Source: an uncultured Bulleidia sp. (GTDB taxonomy: Bacteria; Bacillota_I; Bacilli_A; Erysipelotrichales; Erysipelotrichaceae). Taken from it: a stretch of DNA of 64,000 nt. The notes under the pieces were generated by a model. The model made no database searches, was not told where the DNA came from, and saw only the letters and a list, made by a program, of their open reading frames with translations. Both the position numbers and the translations under genes were made by a program. The DNA is taken from contig CAUWCC010000003.1 of NCBI GenBank assembly GCA_963556805.1, positions 2,401-66,400 of the forward strand. Direction: 5' to 3'. Of this stretch, positions 29,658-39,212 are shown piece by piece (the first letter of the stretch is position 1; every line of letters starts with the position of its first letter).

Positions 29658-30528
29658 TTTGGTGAAAGATACCAGTTGCGGCATAGTCTTTGAGAACATC
29701 AATGACTTGTTGGGTAAGGATATTTGGTGTGGAAGAACCGCTTGTTACGGCAATGCGGTCTTTCTTTTGGATCATTTCTTCGTGCAGATCTTCTACACTG
29801 GAGATAAGGATAGATTCAGGAATGCCGGCTTTGCGGCCAGTTTCTGCTAATTGGCGAGAGTTATTGGAACGAGGGTCACCAACTACGATCAATAGATCTG
29901 CATTTTTGATCTTCATGACGGCTTCCTGCCGGATCCGTGTGGCATTGCATATTTCTTCTGCTGTCTGTGCATTTGGATACTTTGCTAAGCAGGCTCGGAT
30001 GATGCAATCTGTGTCTAAGATCGATAATGTTGTTTGGTTGGTAATCAAAACATCATGCAAAGGTGGTAGGGTATCGATATCAGCAATGGTTGAAACAAGA
30101 TGTACACGTTCGCAAAGACCAAGTGCAGCTTCTGCTTCGGGATGGTTCTGTTTGCCGATGTAGATGATATCGCCGTGATGGTTTTTGATCACATCATGTG
30201 TTTTACGTACGTCATGACAAGTTGCATCAACGATCGTTAGGCCTTTGGCTTGTGCTTTTTGACGTACCGCATCACTTACACCATGGGCGGTAAAGATCAC
30301 GACACCTTCTTCGATATCATCTAATAATTCTAAACGTGTGCGTTTGGGGTCTTCTATAAAAGATATGCCAGCTTTGCGGCATGCTTCGACAACATAGCTG
30401 TTATGTACGATCATGCCGAGCATTGTGATCTTTTGATCAGGATATTTTTGAGCGGTGTCTTTTGCAATTTGGATCGCACGGACGACACCTTGACAGTAAC
30501 CGCGCGGTACTACACTGATGATTTCCAT
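29632..30528 (-). CDS. ispH: 4-hydroxy-3-methylbut-2-enyl diphosphate reductase (stand-alone, no S1 fusion)
   Basis: PRGYCQGV, IVHN, FTAHGV, DATC, NQTT, ICNAT..RQ, SNNS, SGSSTP. Confidence 0.95.
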   Translation of the reverse strand: MEIISVVPRGYCQGVVRAIQIAKDTAQKYPDQKITMLGMIVHNSYVVEACRKAGISFIEDPKRTRLELLDDIEEGVVIFTAHGVSDAVRQKAQAKGLTIVDATCHDVRKTHDVIKNHHGDIIYIGKQNHPEAEAALGLCERVHLVSTIADIDTLPPLHDVLITNQTTLSILDTDCIIRACLAKYPNAQTAEEICNATRIRQEAVMKIKNADLLIVVGDPRSNNSRQLAETGRKAGIPESILISSVEDLHEEMIQKKDRIAVTSGSSTPNILTQQVIDVLKDYAATGIFHQTKVDPAVL

Positions 30529-30632
30529 TCGACAAACCTTTCTTTTTCGGTATAATCTGTATGCTGAAGAAGCAGGTAAACATAAGATTAGATACCTTGT
30601 ATCTTTTATATATTAACGTATAAGGAAGGAGG

Positions 30633-32033
30633 ATGCCACATAGGTGGCAAGGGCAACTAGAAATGAAACGATTTGAAGATTTTAATATGCGTCCAGAAGT
30701 AATGGACTTGATCGCTCGTAATGGGTTTAAGACACCTACACCAATCCAGGAGGAGGTCATTCCTACTGTATTGAAAGGTAAAGATGTCATCGGTCTTTCG
30801 AAGACTGGTACAGGTAAGACGCATGCTTATTTGATTCCATTGATGCAGATGAGTGATCCTTCTTTAGATGAGACTCAGGCTGTGGTAACAGCACCTACAC
30901 GTGAGCTAGCATTGCAGATCTATGAGAAAGCTAAGATGATGGAGGAAGTATGTCCTGATTTACGTGTTGCTTTGTTTATCGGTGGTAAGGAACGTACACG
31001 TGATGTTGAGTCATTGGCTAAGAAACAGCCACATATCGTCATTGGTACACCTGGCCGTATCAAGGATTTGTTTTTAGACGGCGGTGCATTGCGTTTGGAT
31101 AAGGCTAAGATCTTGGTCGTGGATGAAGCGGATATGACATTGGAATATGGTTTCTTGGATGAGATTGATGCTTTTGCCGGCCGTATGGGTGATGATCTGC
31201 AGATGCTGGCATTCTCTGTTACGATGCCGGATCAGCTGAAGCCTTTCATCAAGAAATATATGCATCATCCGATCACATTGCAGATCGGTGAGACAGTACG
31301 TTTTAATCCAGATATCAAGCATGTATTGGTACCTTGTTACCATCATACATTTGCAGAAACGATCATGTCTATTATGCCTGGTTTCCAGCCATATGTATGT
31401 TTGATCTTCTGCAATACACGTCAAGAAGCATCTGAAATTGCATCTGAGTTGCGTGAGAAGGGTGTAAGTGTAAATGAATTGCATGGTGATTTAACTTCAC
31501 GTAAGAGAAAGCAGGCAATGCGTTCTTTGGAATTGAGTGAACATACATATGTTGTATGTACAGACTTAGCAGCAAGAGGTATCGATATCGATACGGTAAC
31601 ACATGTTATTTCATGTGGGTTCCCAGATGATCTGGAATACTATGTGCATCGTGCTGGGCGTACGGGCAGAGCTGGTGAGAAGGGCACATGTTATGCGTTG
31701 TATCATGAATCTGATGATGCTTCGATTCGTTCTTTGATGAAGATGGGCATTAAGTTCTCTCATATGCGCTATCGTAAAGATGTCTGGCAGGATCTGCACC
31801 CATATGGGCAAAGAAGATTGAAGACAGATGATGAGCTGGAACAGAAGATCGCGATGATCTATACAAAGAAGAATCAGAAAGTAAAACCGGGTTATAAGAA
31901 GAAGAGAGCTGCTAAGATTGCACAGGTACATCGTCATAAGAAGAGAGAAATGATCCGTGCAAAGATCAGAGAAGAAAAGAAGGCAATGTATAAAGAACGT
32001 CAGATCGAAAAGAATAATCGAGGGGAAAGATAA
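30633..32033 (+). CDS. cshB: DEAD-box RNA helicase CshB
   Basis: TPIQ, TGTGKT, PTRELA, TPGR, DEAD, ARGID, HRAGRTGR, basic tail KVKPGYKKK; upstream of nfo as in Bacilli. Start 30633 or 30663. Confidence 0.9.
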   Translation: MPHRWQGQLEMKRFEDFNMRPEVMDLIARNGFKTPTPIQEEVIPTVLKGKDVIGLSKTGTGKTHAYLIPLMQMSDPSLDETQAVVTAPTRELALQIYEKAKMMEEVCPDLRVALFIGGKERTRDVESLAKKQPHIVIGTPGRIKDLFLDGGALRLDKAKILVVDEADMTLEYGFLDEIDAFAGRMGDDLQMLAFSVTMPDQLKPFIKKYMHHPITLQIGETVRFNPDIKHVLVPCYHHTFAETIMSIMPGFQPYVCLIFCNTRQEASEIASELREKGVSVNELHGDLTSRKRKQAMRSLELSEHTYVVCTDLAARGIDIDTVTHVISCGFPDDLEYYVHRAGRTGRAGEKGTCYALYHESDDASIRSLMKMGIKFSHMRYRKDVWQDLHPYGQRRLKTDDELEQKIAMIYTKKNQKVKPGYKKKRAAKIAQVHRHKKREMIRAKIREEKKAMYKERQIEKNNRGER

Positions 32034-32911
32034 TGATCCTTGGTTGTCATGTACAGATGAAAGCACCTTCTTTCTTAGAAGGTAGTGTAAAAGAAGCATT
32101 AAGCTATGGGTGTGATGCTTTGATGTTATATACAGGTGCGCCGCAGAATACGCGTCGTAGACCTGTGGAAGATCTTAAGATAGTACAAGCACAGCAGTTG
32201 ATGAAAGAGCATGATATACCGATGGAACGTATGATCATTCATGCTCCTTACATCATCAATCTTGCAAATAGTGTAAAGCCAGAAGTATCAGAACTTGCAC
32301 GAGAGTTCCTTCTTTCAGAGACAGAAAGAACAAGGGCAGTAGGGGCAAGATACTTGGTATTACATCCTGGTTCTTATACGACTACAGATCTTGAGACAGG
32401 TATCCGTACGATCATTACCCAGTTGAACAGCATTTTTTATCCGGATGATGTTACGATTTGCTTGGAGACGATGGCTGGTAAAGGGAGTGAAGTAGGGTAT
32501 ACATTTGAACAGCTGGCTGAGATCATTGGTGGTTTACAACAGCCGGAGAGATTTGGGGTATGCTTGGATACATGTCATATTTCGGATGCGGGATATGATG
32601 TTCAAGATGTCGATGGAGTATTAGATGCTTTTGATCATGTGCTTGGTTTAGATCGCTTGCATGTCGTTCATCTAAATGATTCTAAAAATGTTCGTGGAGC
32701 AAAGAAAGACAGACATGCCAATATCGGTATGGGTGAGATCGGTTTTGAAACATTGTATGCATTTGCAAGTAATGCACGTATTGCGGATGTTCCAAAGATC
32801 TTGGAGACACCATATATTGATAAGAAACCACCGTATGCACAAGAGATCGCTATGCTGCGCAGCGGTATATATGATCGTTCTGTGCTGGAGGCAATGTCTC
32901 TATCTAAATAA
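32033..32911 (+). CDS. nfo: Endonuclease IV
   Basis: HAPYIINLA, VLHPGS, LETMAGKGSE, LDTCH, HLNDSK, DRHANIG, ILETP. Confidence 0.96.
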   Translation: MILGCHVQMKAPSFLEGSVKEALSYGCDALMLYTGAPQNTRRRPVEDLKIVQAQQLMKEHDIPMERMIIHAPYIINLANSVKPEVSELAREFLLSETERTRAVGARYLVLHPGSYTTTDLETGIRTIITQLNSIFYPDDVTICLETMAGKGSEVGYTFEQLAEIIGGLQQPERFGVCLDTCHISDAGYDVQDVDGVLDAFDHVLGLDRLHVVHLNDSKNVRGAKKDRHANIGMGEIGFETLYAFASNARIADVPKILETPYIDKKPPYAQEIAMLRSGIYDRSVLEAMSLSK

Positions 32912-32914
32912 TGA

Positions 32915-32945
32915 AATAAGGGCCGCATATTTTGCGGTCCTTATT
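32915..32945. terminator. Bidirectional terminator between nfo and ispG
   Basis: AATAAGGGCCGCA/TGCGGTCCTTATT stem between convergent stop codons. Confidence 0.75.
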
Positions 32946-32948
32946 GAT

Positions 32949-34016
32949 TTAAATAGTATGTCTTTCTGCGATCAGTCTTTCGATCTCAGTGATGAGTGCT
33001 TCTTTGATCTCATTCTGGGGCACTGTACGGATGATCTCCCCATGACGGAATAAGATACCTGAATCGTAAGAACCAGCAATGCCTACATCGGCACGGCCTG
33101 CTTCTTGAATACCGTTAACAGGACATCCCATTATAGCAACGGTGATATTCTCATGAATACCTGCTAGGTAATCTTCCATTTCTTTTACCAATGGCAGCAT
33201 ATCATACTGAATACGACCACACGTTGGACAGGCGATAAGGTCTGGTACATTATCGATCAAATCAAAGCATTTCAATAACTGCTTACCGATGATCAACTCT
33301 TCTTTCGGTGGAGCAGACACAGAAACACGGATCGTATCACCGATGCCTTCGTGCAATAATGTACCAAGAGCAGCACTGGACTTTACAGCACTTTCTGTAA
33401 AACCACCTGCTTCTGTTACGCCAAGATGAAGCGGATATGGATAATGTTCTGCAGCAAGTTCATATGCTGCGATCGTAAGCGGTACATTGCTGGATTTGAA
33501 AGATAGACAGATATCATGAAAATCCAATTCTTCCAAGATCTTAACATGACGGTCTGCGGAAGCAATCATAGCCTCTGCCGAAAGACCATACTGATCTAAG
33601 AATTGTTTTTCTAAAGATCCGCCATTGATGCCGATACGGATAGGTACGTGCTTTTCTTTACATAAACGTACAACGGCTTCTGTTTTTTCACGGGAACCGA
33701 TATTACCTGGGTTGATGCGGATCGCATCTACACCGCTTTCCAAGGACTTTATGGCAAGTAGATGATTGAAGTGGATATCTGCTACAAGGGGAATATGGAT
33801 CTGTTTCTTGATGGCAGGAATTGCTTCTGCATCACCAGCATCAAGGACCGCAATACGTGCGATCTCACATCCATGGGCCTCCAATTCATTGATTTGTGCT
33901 ATTGTCTTCTCTACATCTTTTGCTGGTACATTTGTCATTGACTGGAGAATACATTTGTTTTGTCCGCCGACTTGTACATTACCGACATAAATAGGACGCG
34001 TTTCTGTTCTTTTCAT
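32949..34016 (-). CDS. ispG: HMB-PP synthase IspG
   Basis: QSMTN, VADIHF, RINPGNIG, RIGINGGSL, HLGVTEAG, GIGDTIRVS, ACPTCGR, MGCPVNG; SD GGAGG before ATG 34016. Confidence 0.97.
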   Translation of the reverse strand: MKRTETRPIYVGNVQVGGQNKCILQSMTNVPAKDVEKTIAQINELEAHGCEIARIAVLDAGDAEAIPAIKKQIHIPLVADIHFNHLLAIKSLESGVDAIRINPGNIGSREKTEAVVRLCKEKHVPIRIGINGGSLEKQFLDQYGLSAEAMIASADRHVKILEELDFHDICLSFKSSNVPLTIAAYELAAEHYPYPLHLGVTEAGGFTESAVKSSAALGTLLHEGIGDTIRVSVSAPPKEELIIGKQLLKCFDLIDNVPDLIACPTCGRIQYDMLPLVKEMEDYLAGIHENITVAIMGCPVNGIQEAGRADVGIAGSYDSGILFRHGEIIRTVPQNEIKEALITEIERLIAERHTI

Positions 34017-34177
34017 ATATACTGCCTCCAAAAGTTTTTGCTCTTCTCATATTGTACACTATCCAAGCGTTTGGAATGGTTAGAATTATGCTTAGAAAGT
34101 GCGGATTTTACAAAATCAGTTGGAATAAAATTTCTATTCTGTTATAATCGTACTGCTAATAAGTTAGGAGGTTTACC

Positions 34178-34330
34178 ATGGCTAGAGAAAATATCACTTT
34201 TAAGTGTACTGAATGTGGTGAAGAGAATTACATCGGCACAAGAAACAAGCGTAAGCATACAGAAAAGATGGAAATCAAGAAGTACTGCCCGCGTTGCAAT
34301 AAGATGACTCTTCATAAGGAGAAGAAATAA
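34178..34330 (+). CDS. rpmG: 50S ribosomal protein L33 (Zn-binding form)
   Basis: Missed by the ORF track: [50 protein letters not shown]; SD AGGAGG. Confidence 0.97.
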   Translation: MARENITFKCTECGEENYIGTRNKRKHTEKMEIKKYCPRCNKMTLHKEKK

Positions 34331-34358
34331 GAAAATTACCGTCAGGTAATTTTTTTCT
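34331..34358 (+). terminator. Terminator after rpmG
   Basis: GAAAATTACC-GTCA-GGTAATTTTT plus T run. Confidence 0.8.
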
Positions 34359-34367
34359 TGCAGAAAG

Positions 34368-34967
34368 ATGAAGCTGGATATTCTGCCGATTGGGTTGTAC
34401 CAAGAGAATATTTATCTTCTCCATGTTCATGATCATGTGTTGATTGTTGATCCTGGTGCGCATGCCAAGGTGATCCGTCAATATATCGGAGACAAGGAAG
34501 TCGTAGATGCAATTGTGCTGACGCATGGTCATGAGGATCATACAGGGGCTGTAGATGATCTTGTAGATATCTATCATTGTCCAGTGTATATGCATGAAGC
34601 AGATCGTGATCTTGTGGATCCTGCATTGATGAGGGGTCTTGGTTATGCTTCACCTGTATATACAAAGATCAATGATCTTTGTGATCCTTTACAGGCTGGT
34701 ACATTTGCATTGAAGGTCTATCATACGCCAGGTCATACCGAAGGCAGCTGCTGCATTGGGTATAAGAACATTCTGTTTTCAGGTGATACGCTTTTTGCGG
34801 GAAGTTGCGGCAGAACGGATCTGTACTCTGGTGATGAACAGAAGATGCTTTCATCATTGCGCTTTTTAAAGTCTCTTCCAAAGGATGTGACTGTCTATCC
34901 GGGGCACGGTCCATCTACAACGATTGGACAGGAAGCAGCAGTGAATATGTTTATGCAGGGACTATGA
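34368..34967 (+). CDS. MBL-fold metallohydrolase (YqgX/GloC-like)
   Basis: LTHGHEDHTGA, HTPGHTEG, FSGDTLF, PGHG; upstream of comGA as yqgX is in B. subtilis. Confidence 0.92.
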   Translation: MKLDILPIGLYQENIYLLHVHDHVLIVDPGAHAKVIRQYIGDKEVVDAIVLTHGHEDHTGAVDDLVDIYHCPVYMHEADRDLVDPALMRGLGYASPVYTKINDLCDPLQAGTFALKVYHTPGHTEGSCCIGYKNILFSGDTLFAGSCGRTDLYSGDEQKMLSSLRFLKSLPKDVTVYPGHGPSTTIGQEAAVNMFMQGL

Positions 34968-34988
34968 TCTGCATAGATTAAGAACAAG

Positions 34989-35020
34989 AACGTGTGTTCG
35001 TAAGAACATGCGTTTTTTTT
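34989..35020 (+). terminator. Terminator upstream of the comG operon
   Basis: AACGTGTGTTC-GTAA-GAACATGCGTT plus T run. Confidence 0.85.
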
Positions 35021-35074
35021 GTTTTATGAGGTATCGTCTTTTTTCTTTGTATATAGAGAGGGAAGAGAGGCGTT

Positions 35075-36052
35075 ATGGAAGAAAGGTTATTAGAGATATT
35101 GCGGATTGCACTGAAGTATCAAGTAAGTGATATTCACTTTAACCTCATGAATGATGAGGATCAACAAAAGTTGGTGATCGAAATGCGTGTAGATGGTGAG
35201 ATCAAGCAGTTGAAACCAGAAAAGAATGATCTCAAGTTGTTTCGTTATCTCATGTATCGGGCAGATCTAGATCTATCGAGTGCATTTCTACCGCAGACAG
35301 GTTCTTTTGAGATGACGGTAGATCGTAAAGTGTTGTCAATGCGTTTTGCTATTGTGACAAGTTACCGTCGCAGCAGTGGTGTTTTACGTATTTTGAATGA
35401 TCATGCTTTGCTGCATGTTGAGGAATTGACAAGAGATAGAGATGTTCAGGAATGGCTGCGTTTGGTGACGAAACATCATACTGGTCTTGTGGTTTTCAGT
35501 GGTCCTACAGGTTCTGGAAAAACAACGACTTTATATACGTTACTGGATGCAGCAGAAGGCAAGAAGATCTTTACGCTGGAGGATCCCATTGAGGTCGTAC
35601 ATGAAGGGTATATGCAGCTACAGATCAATGAAAAACAACATTTATCCTATGCGGATGGAATTAAGCAGTTGATGAGGCATGACCCAGATATCGTGATGAT
35701 CGGGGAGATACGTGATAGTGAAGCTGCGGTGATGGCAGTACGGTGTGCTTTGACAGGTCATCTTGTTGTCACTAGTCTGCATGCTCAAGATTGTGTATCA
35801 GCTATTTTGCGATTGTTGGATCTTGGGGTAAAGGATTATCAATTGAAGGATGTATTGGCAGGAGTATCTAACCAGCGTTTAGCATTTACAAAGGATGGTC
35901 GTAAAACAGGTATTTATGAAGTTATGACAAAGGAGGAGGTGTTGTATTGGTTTGAACATCAAAAACATCAGCCGGGATTTATTACGCTACGGGATCGATT
36001 GGATCAAGCAGAACGTGACTGTATCATCGCCAAAGAGACTATCGATGGATGA
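35075..36052 (+). CDS. comGA: Competence pilus assembly ATPase ComGA
   Basis: SDIH, GPTGSGKTT, TLEDPIE, DPDIVMIGEIRD, TGHLVVTSLHA. Confidence 0.93.
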   Translation: MEERLLEILRIALKYQVSDIHFNLMNDEDQQKLVIEMRVDGEIKQLKPEKNDLKLFRYLMYRADLDLSSAFLPQTGSFEMTVDRKVLSMRFAIVTSYRRSSGVLRILNDHALLHVEELTRDRDVQEWLRLVTKHHTGLVVFSGPTGSGKTTTLYTLLDAAEGKKIFTLEDPIEVVHEGYMQLQINEKQHLSYADGIKQLMRHDPDIVMIGEIRDSEAAVMAVRCALTGHLVVTSLHAQDCVSAILRLLDLGVKDYQLKDVLAGVSNQRLAFTKDGRKTGIYEVMTKEEVLYWFEHQKHQPGFITLRDRLDQAERDCIIAKETIDG

Positions 36053-37013
36053 TGCTTCTGGACTTGCTGCACTATTGGACAGTGGTTTTTCTTTCCAACA
36101 AGCAGAAGAGATTCTGCGAGATGCAAAAAATGGGTGTGTGCTGGATATGATCATGCAAAAATTGGCGGATTCTGTACCGGTAGAAGAAGCCTTGCCGCCG
36201 TATATGCCATTATCCTATGCAGGTTATTTACAAGACTTTATGAGATATCTTCCGATGACAGAAGCTATGGTCATCGCTGCTAAAATCGTTCAAGAAGAAT
36301 GCGAAGAGAAGGCTTTTCTCATAAAGGGGTTGCTGTATCCGCTTGGTCTTTTAGTCGGCGTGAGTACAGGGGTGTTTCTTTTTGACCGTACGGTATTGCC
36401 GACGATGATGGATCTTTTACTAGGATTTCAAGAAAGCAGCGGGTCACTGCTGGTCATGAAGAAGGTGCTGGAAGGGGGGACATTATTACTATTTTTGAGT
36501 GTTATGAGTAGTTTGCTTTTGGCGGTGTATTGGCTGTCGCCCTTGCATATCGCACATACATATCAGTATTTTGCAAAAAGATTTCCGGGATGTTTTCTTG
36601 TGCAATATGCTTCGATGCGTTTTGCAATATGTTATCGGATATGCTTGGAAAAAGGCATTGCGACAAGAACGACCTTGCAGATGATGCAAGAGATGCACGG
36701 ACGACCGTTAACACAATTTATTGCGAAAGAATTGGATCGTTCGTTCATGGCAGGGTGTGATTTTTCTGAAGCAATCGTATCGCCATACATAGAACCGTCT
36801 TTAGCTGCATCATTTCGTTTGGCAATGTATATGGATGATGCTGTGGTCATGCTGGATGGGTATTTAAAGATGTGTCGCAACAGAATGGAGAGACAGCTTA
36901 AGAAGATCGTGTCTCTCATCAGATTAGCAGCGTATGGGGCTGTTGGTATCATAATCGTAGTTGTATATCGTGTATTGATGCTGCCGATGAGTATGCTGCA
37001 GCAACTAGGGTAG
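36045..37013 (+). CDS. comGB: Type II/IV pilus platform protein ComGB
   Basis: Two GspF-like repeats (LLDSGFSF; LLYPLGLL; YRVLMLPM); follows comGA. Start uncertain (ATG 36045 or further upstream in frame). Confidence 0.82.
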   Translation: MDDASGLAALLDSGFSFQQAEEILRDAKNGCVLDMIMQKLADSVPVEEALPPYMPLSYAGYLQDFMRYLPMTEAMVIAAKIVQEECEEKAFLIKGLLYPLGLLVGVSTGVFLFDRTVLPTMMDLLLGFQESSGSLLVMKKVLEGGTLLLFLSVMSSLLLAVYWLSPLHIAHTYQYFAKRFPGCFLVQYASMRFAICYRICLEKGIATRTTLQMMQEMHGRPLTQFIAKELDRSFMAGCDFSEAIVSPYIEPSLAASFRLAMYMDDAVVMLDGYLKMCRNRMERQLKKIVSLIRLAAYGAVGIIIVVVYRVLMLPMSMLQQLG

Positions 37014-37022
37014 GAGGTAAAG

Positions 37023-37322
37023 ATGAATAAAAAAGGTTTTACATTGCTGGAGATGACGATCGTTGTTTTGATCGTATCTGTATTGTTTTTACTTGTGGTA
37101 CCGAATATTAAGCAGACGATGGGAATCGTAAATGAAAGGGGCTGCAAGGCTTTAGAGAAGGTTGGTGATGCGGCTATATTGGAATATCGCATGCAATATG
37201 ATGCTTATCCAGGGGATGTGCAGGATCTTGTTAATGCCGGGCTATTAACAGAGAAGCAGACAACATGTGACAACAATGAGAAGCATTTGGTGATCTATGA
37301 TGGTACAGCACAGGTGCAATGA
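37023..37322 (+). CDS. comGC: Major competence pilin ComGC
   Basis: MNKKG|FTLLEM prepilin site, hydrophobic helix, VPN; SD GGAGG. Confidence 0.9.
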   Translation: MNKKGFTLLEMTIVVLIVSVLFLLVVPNIKQTMGIVNERGCKALEKVGDAAILEYRMQYDAYPGDVQDLVNAGLLTEKQTTCDNNEKHLVIYDGTAQVQ

Positions 37323-37605
37323 TGGCTTTACACTTGTGGAAATGTGCGTGGTATTGCTTATGCTGGCTGTTTTTGATGTGTTCTTCCTTCCCCATCCTAT
37401 ACTTGAGACAGAGTGGGTATCTTGGCCTTGCAGCTATATGGAAAAACAGGCAGAAGCACTTGCTGAAGCAGAAGATACCAATGGACCAGAAGGTAGTGAT
37501 GTTCTTTTCAATGGCCGCGGCAATGTCCGAAGAGCAGGAACAGTACGAATCGGAAAAAAAGTGTTTACAATCAGTCTTGGGCAAGGAAGATTGCTGGAAA
37601 AATAG
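37297..37605 (+). CDS. comGD: Minor pilin ComGD-like
   Basis: DG|FTLVEM prepilin site; C-terminal FNGRGN...LGQGR typical of ComGD. Confidence 0.75.
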   Translation: MMVQHRCNDGFTLVEMCVVLLMLAVFDVFFLPHPILETEWVSWPCSYMEKQAEALAEAEDTNGPEGSDVLFNGRGNVRRAGTVRIGKKVFTISLGQGRLLEK

Positions 37606-37837
37606 GGGTGTGGCAGTATTGGATGCACTTGTATGTGTTGTGATAGCAGGTGTTATCGTACTGTGTGTAAGTCAAATGGTCTTGGTCAAACAAAAGGGCT
37701 TAGAAGTAAGACGCGAGCGGGAAGGATTTGCAGATGAGAAGTATGCAGAAGTGATAGGGGGGTTAGAAAGGTGCGAAATAGGCGTCGGACCAGAAGAAAC
37801 GGCTTTACCATCAGTGATTTCTTGCTTGCCATCATGA
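37499..37837 (+). CDS. Minor pilin ComGE-like (start uncertain)
   Basis: KNRG|VAVLDALVCVVI prepilin-like site near 37600. In-frame starts only at ATG 37499/37511/37523, TTG 37577 or GTG 37608. Confidence 0.55.
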   Translation: MFFSMAAAMSEEQEQYESEKKCLQSVLGKEDCWKNRGVAVLDALVCVVIAGVIVLCVSQMVLVKQKGLEVRREREGFADEKYAEVIGGLERCEIGVGPEETALPSVISCLPS

Positions 37838-38178
37838 TCGTAAGTGCATTGTTGCCTATCGTGACAGCTGGTTCTGCAATTTTGCCGCATCATTTGCAGT
37901 TTGATCCAAGTATGCAGGATGAGATCTCTCTTTTTCAACTACGAGATATTTTAATGTTGAGTTATGACATTAACTGCTCTAGTGATCATTTGACATATGA
38001 GTATCAGGGACAGGATTATGAACTAAGTCTTGTGAATAGAAAATTGATTGCAAAACCTGGTACACAGATCTTTTTGACAGATTTAGAAGAGATAGGATTT
38101 TTTACAAAGGGTAATGTTGTTTATGCGTCATATACACGTGAAGGACACCAAAGAGAAGCACCGTTGGTGGCATTGTGA
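37771..38178 (+). CDS. Minor pilin ComGF-like
   Basis: RRNG|FTISDFLLAIMI leader plus hydrophobic helix; C-terminal G.QIFL..L...F pattern of ComGF. Confidence 0.65.
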   Translation: MRNRRRTRRNGFTISDFLLAIMIVSALLPIVTAGSAILPHHLQFDPSMQDEISLFQLRDILMLSYDINCSSDHLTYEYQGQDYELSLVNRKLIAKPGTQIFLTDLEEIGFFTKGNVVYASYTREGHQREAPLVAL

Positions 38179-38530
38179 AGGGTTTCTCTCTGTCTTCTTC
38201 TTGAGTCTTTTATTGACGATCTCATCATTTGCAGCATCTTTGATGCATGGTGAAGCTATGCTTTTGAACATGAGTTTATCTTTGCAGAAAGCAGAAGCTT
38301 ATCAACAAGTAGAAATGGTCATTCTTCACCATATCAAGTGTGCCTTGCAACAAGAGCAGGCTATACCGGAAGAGATGGATGTGGATGGGGTCGGTGTATT
38401 GCTGCAGCAAAAGGGTGATACTATCTATGCAGTAGTGGATCGTCCTTATGATGAAGTTTTTACTATCTATTTAGATCTAGAGTCCAAAAAAGTGATGATG
38501 TTTGAAAGAAGCAGTCGAGGGGGATATTGA
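38114..38530 (+). CDS. Minor pilin ComGG-like
   Basis: EG|FLSVFFLSLLL with no E5, as expected for the last (tip-type) pilin; final gene of the cluster. Confidence 0.55.
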   Translation: MLFMRHIHVKDTKEKHRWWHCEGFLSVFFLSLLLTISSFAASLMHGEAMLLNMSLSLQKAEAYQQVEMVILHHIKCALQQEQAIPEEMDVDGVGVLLQQKGDTIYAVVDRPYDEVFTIYLDLESKKVMMFERSSRGGY

Positions 38531-38578
38531 CACATACTTGCTTTTCTTTAAAATAAAAATGATAGGTGGTGTTAAAGA

Positions 38579-39136
38579 ATGATTATTGTAAATGATTTGA
38601 AACCAGGTACTTCTTTTGAATATGATGGTAATCTTTTCACAGTTTTGAACCTTCAGCTGAATAAGACAGCTATGCGACAGATGATCGTTAAGGTGAAGGT
38701 CAAGAACATGCGTACAGGTGTTATTAATGAAATGTCATTCACAGGTGGTGATAAGGTTGAACCTGCTCATATTGATAAGAAAGAAATGCAATATCTCTAT
38801 GACGATGGTACAAGCATCGTATTCATGGATAATGAGACATATGATCAGATCGAGATTCCGAAGGAAAGATTGACTTGGGAATTGCAGTTCATGAAGCCTA
38901 ATAGCAATGTTACGATCTCTTTGTATGAAAATGAGATCTTGGGCGTTATGCTGCCGGATAAGGTGGAATTGCAAATCACAGAGTGTGAGAATGCGGTTAA
39001 GGGCGATACAGCTACTTCTGCTTCTAAAAATGCAGTATGTGAGACAGGTCTTGAGATCAAGGTTCCACTTTTCATTCAGAATGGTGAAATCGTTGTGATT
39101 TCTACAGCAGACGGCAAATATTCTGGTAGAGCTTAA
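38579..39136 (+). CDS. efp: Elongation factor P
   Basis: NDLKPG, KVKVKNMRTG, VKGDTAT, ETGL.I.VPLFI..GE, STADGKY..RA. Confidence 0.97.
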   Translation: MIIVNDLKPGTSFEYDGNLFTVLNLQLNKTAMRQMIVKVKVKNMRTGVINEMSFTGGDKVEPAHIDKKEMQYLYDDGTSIVFMDNETYDQIEIPKERLTWELQFMKPNSNVTISLYENEILGVMLPDKVELQITECENAVKGDTATSASKNAVCETGLEIKVPLFIQNGEIVVISTADGKYSGRA

Positions 39137-39144
39137 GATTTAAG

Positions 39145-39173
39145 AATGTGTCTCTTTGGGGGACACATTTTTT
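39145..39173 (+). terminator. Terminator after efp
   Basis: AATGTGTCTC/GGGACACATT stem plus T run. Confidence 0.85.
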
Positions 39174-39212
39174 ATAATGTCGTGCTATCATATTGCACAG
39201 GAGTGAGCAAGA

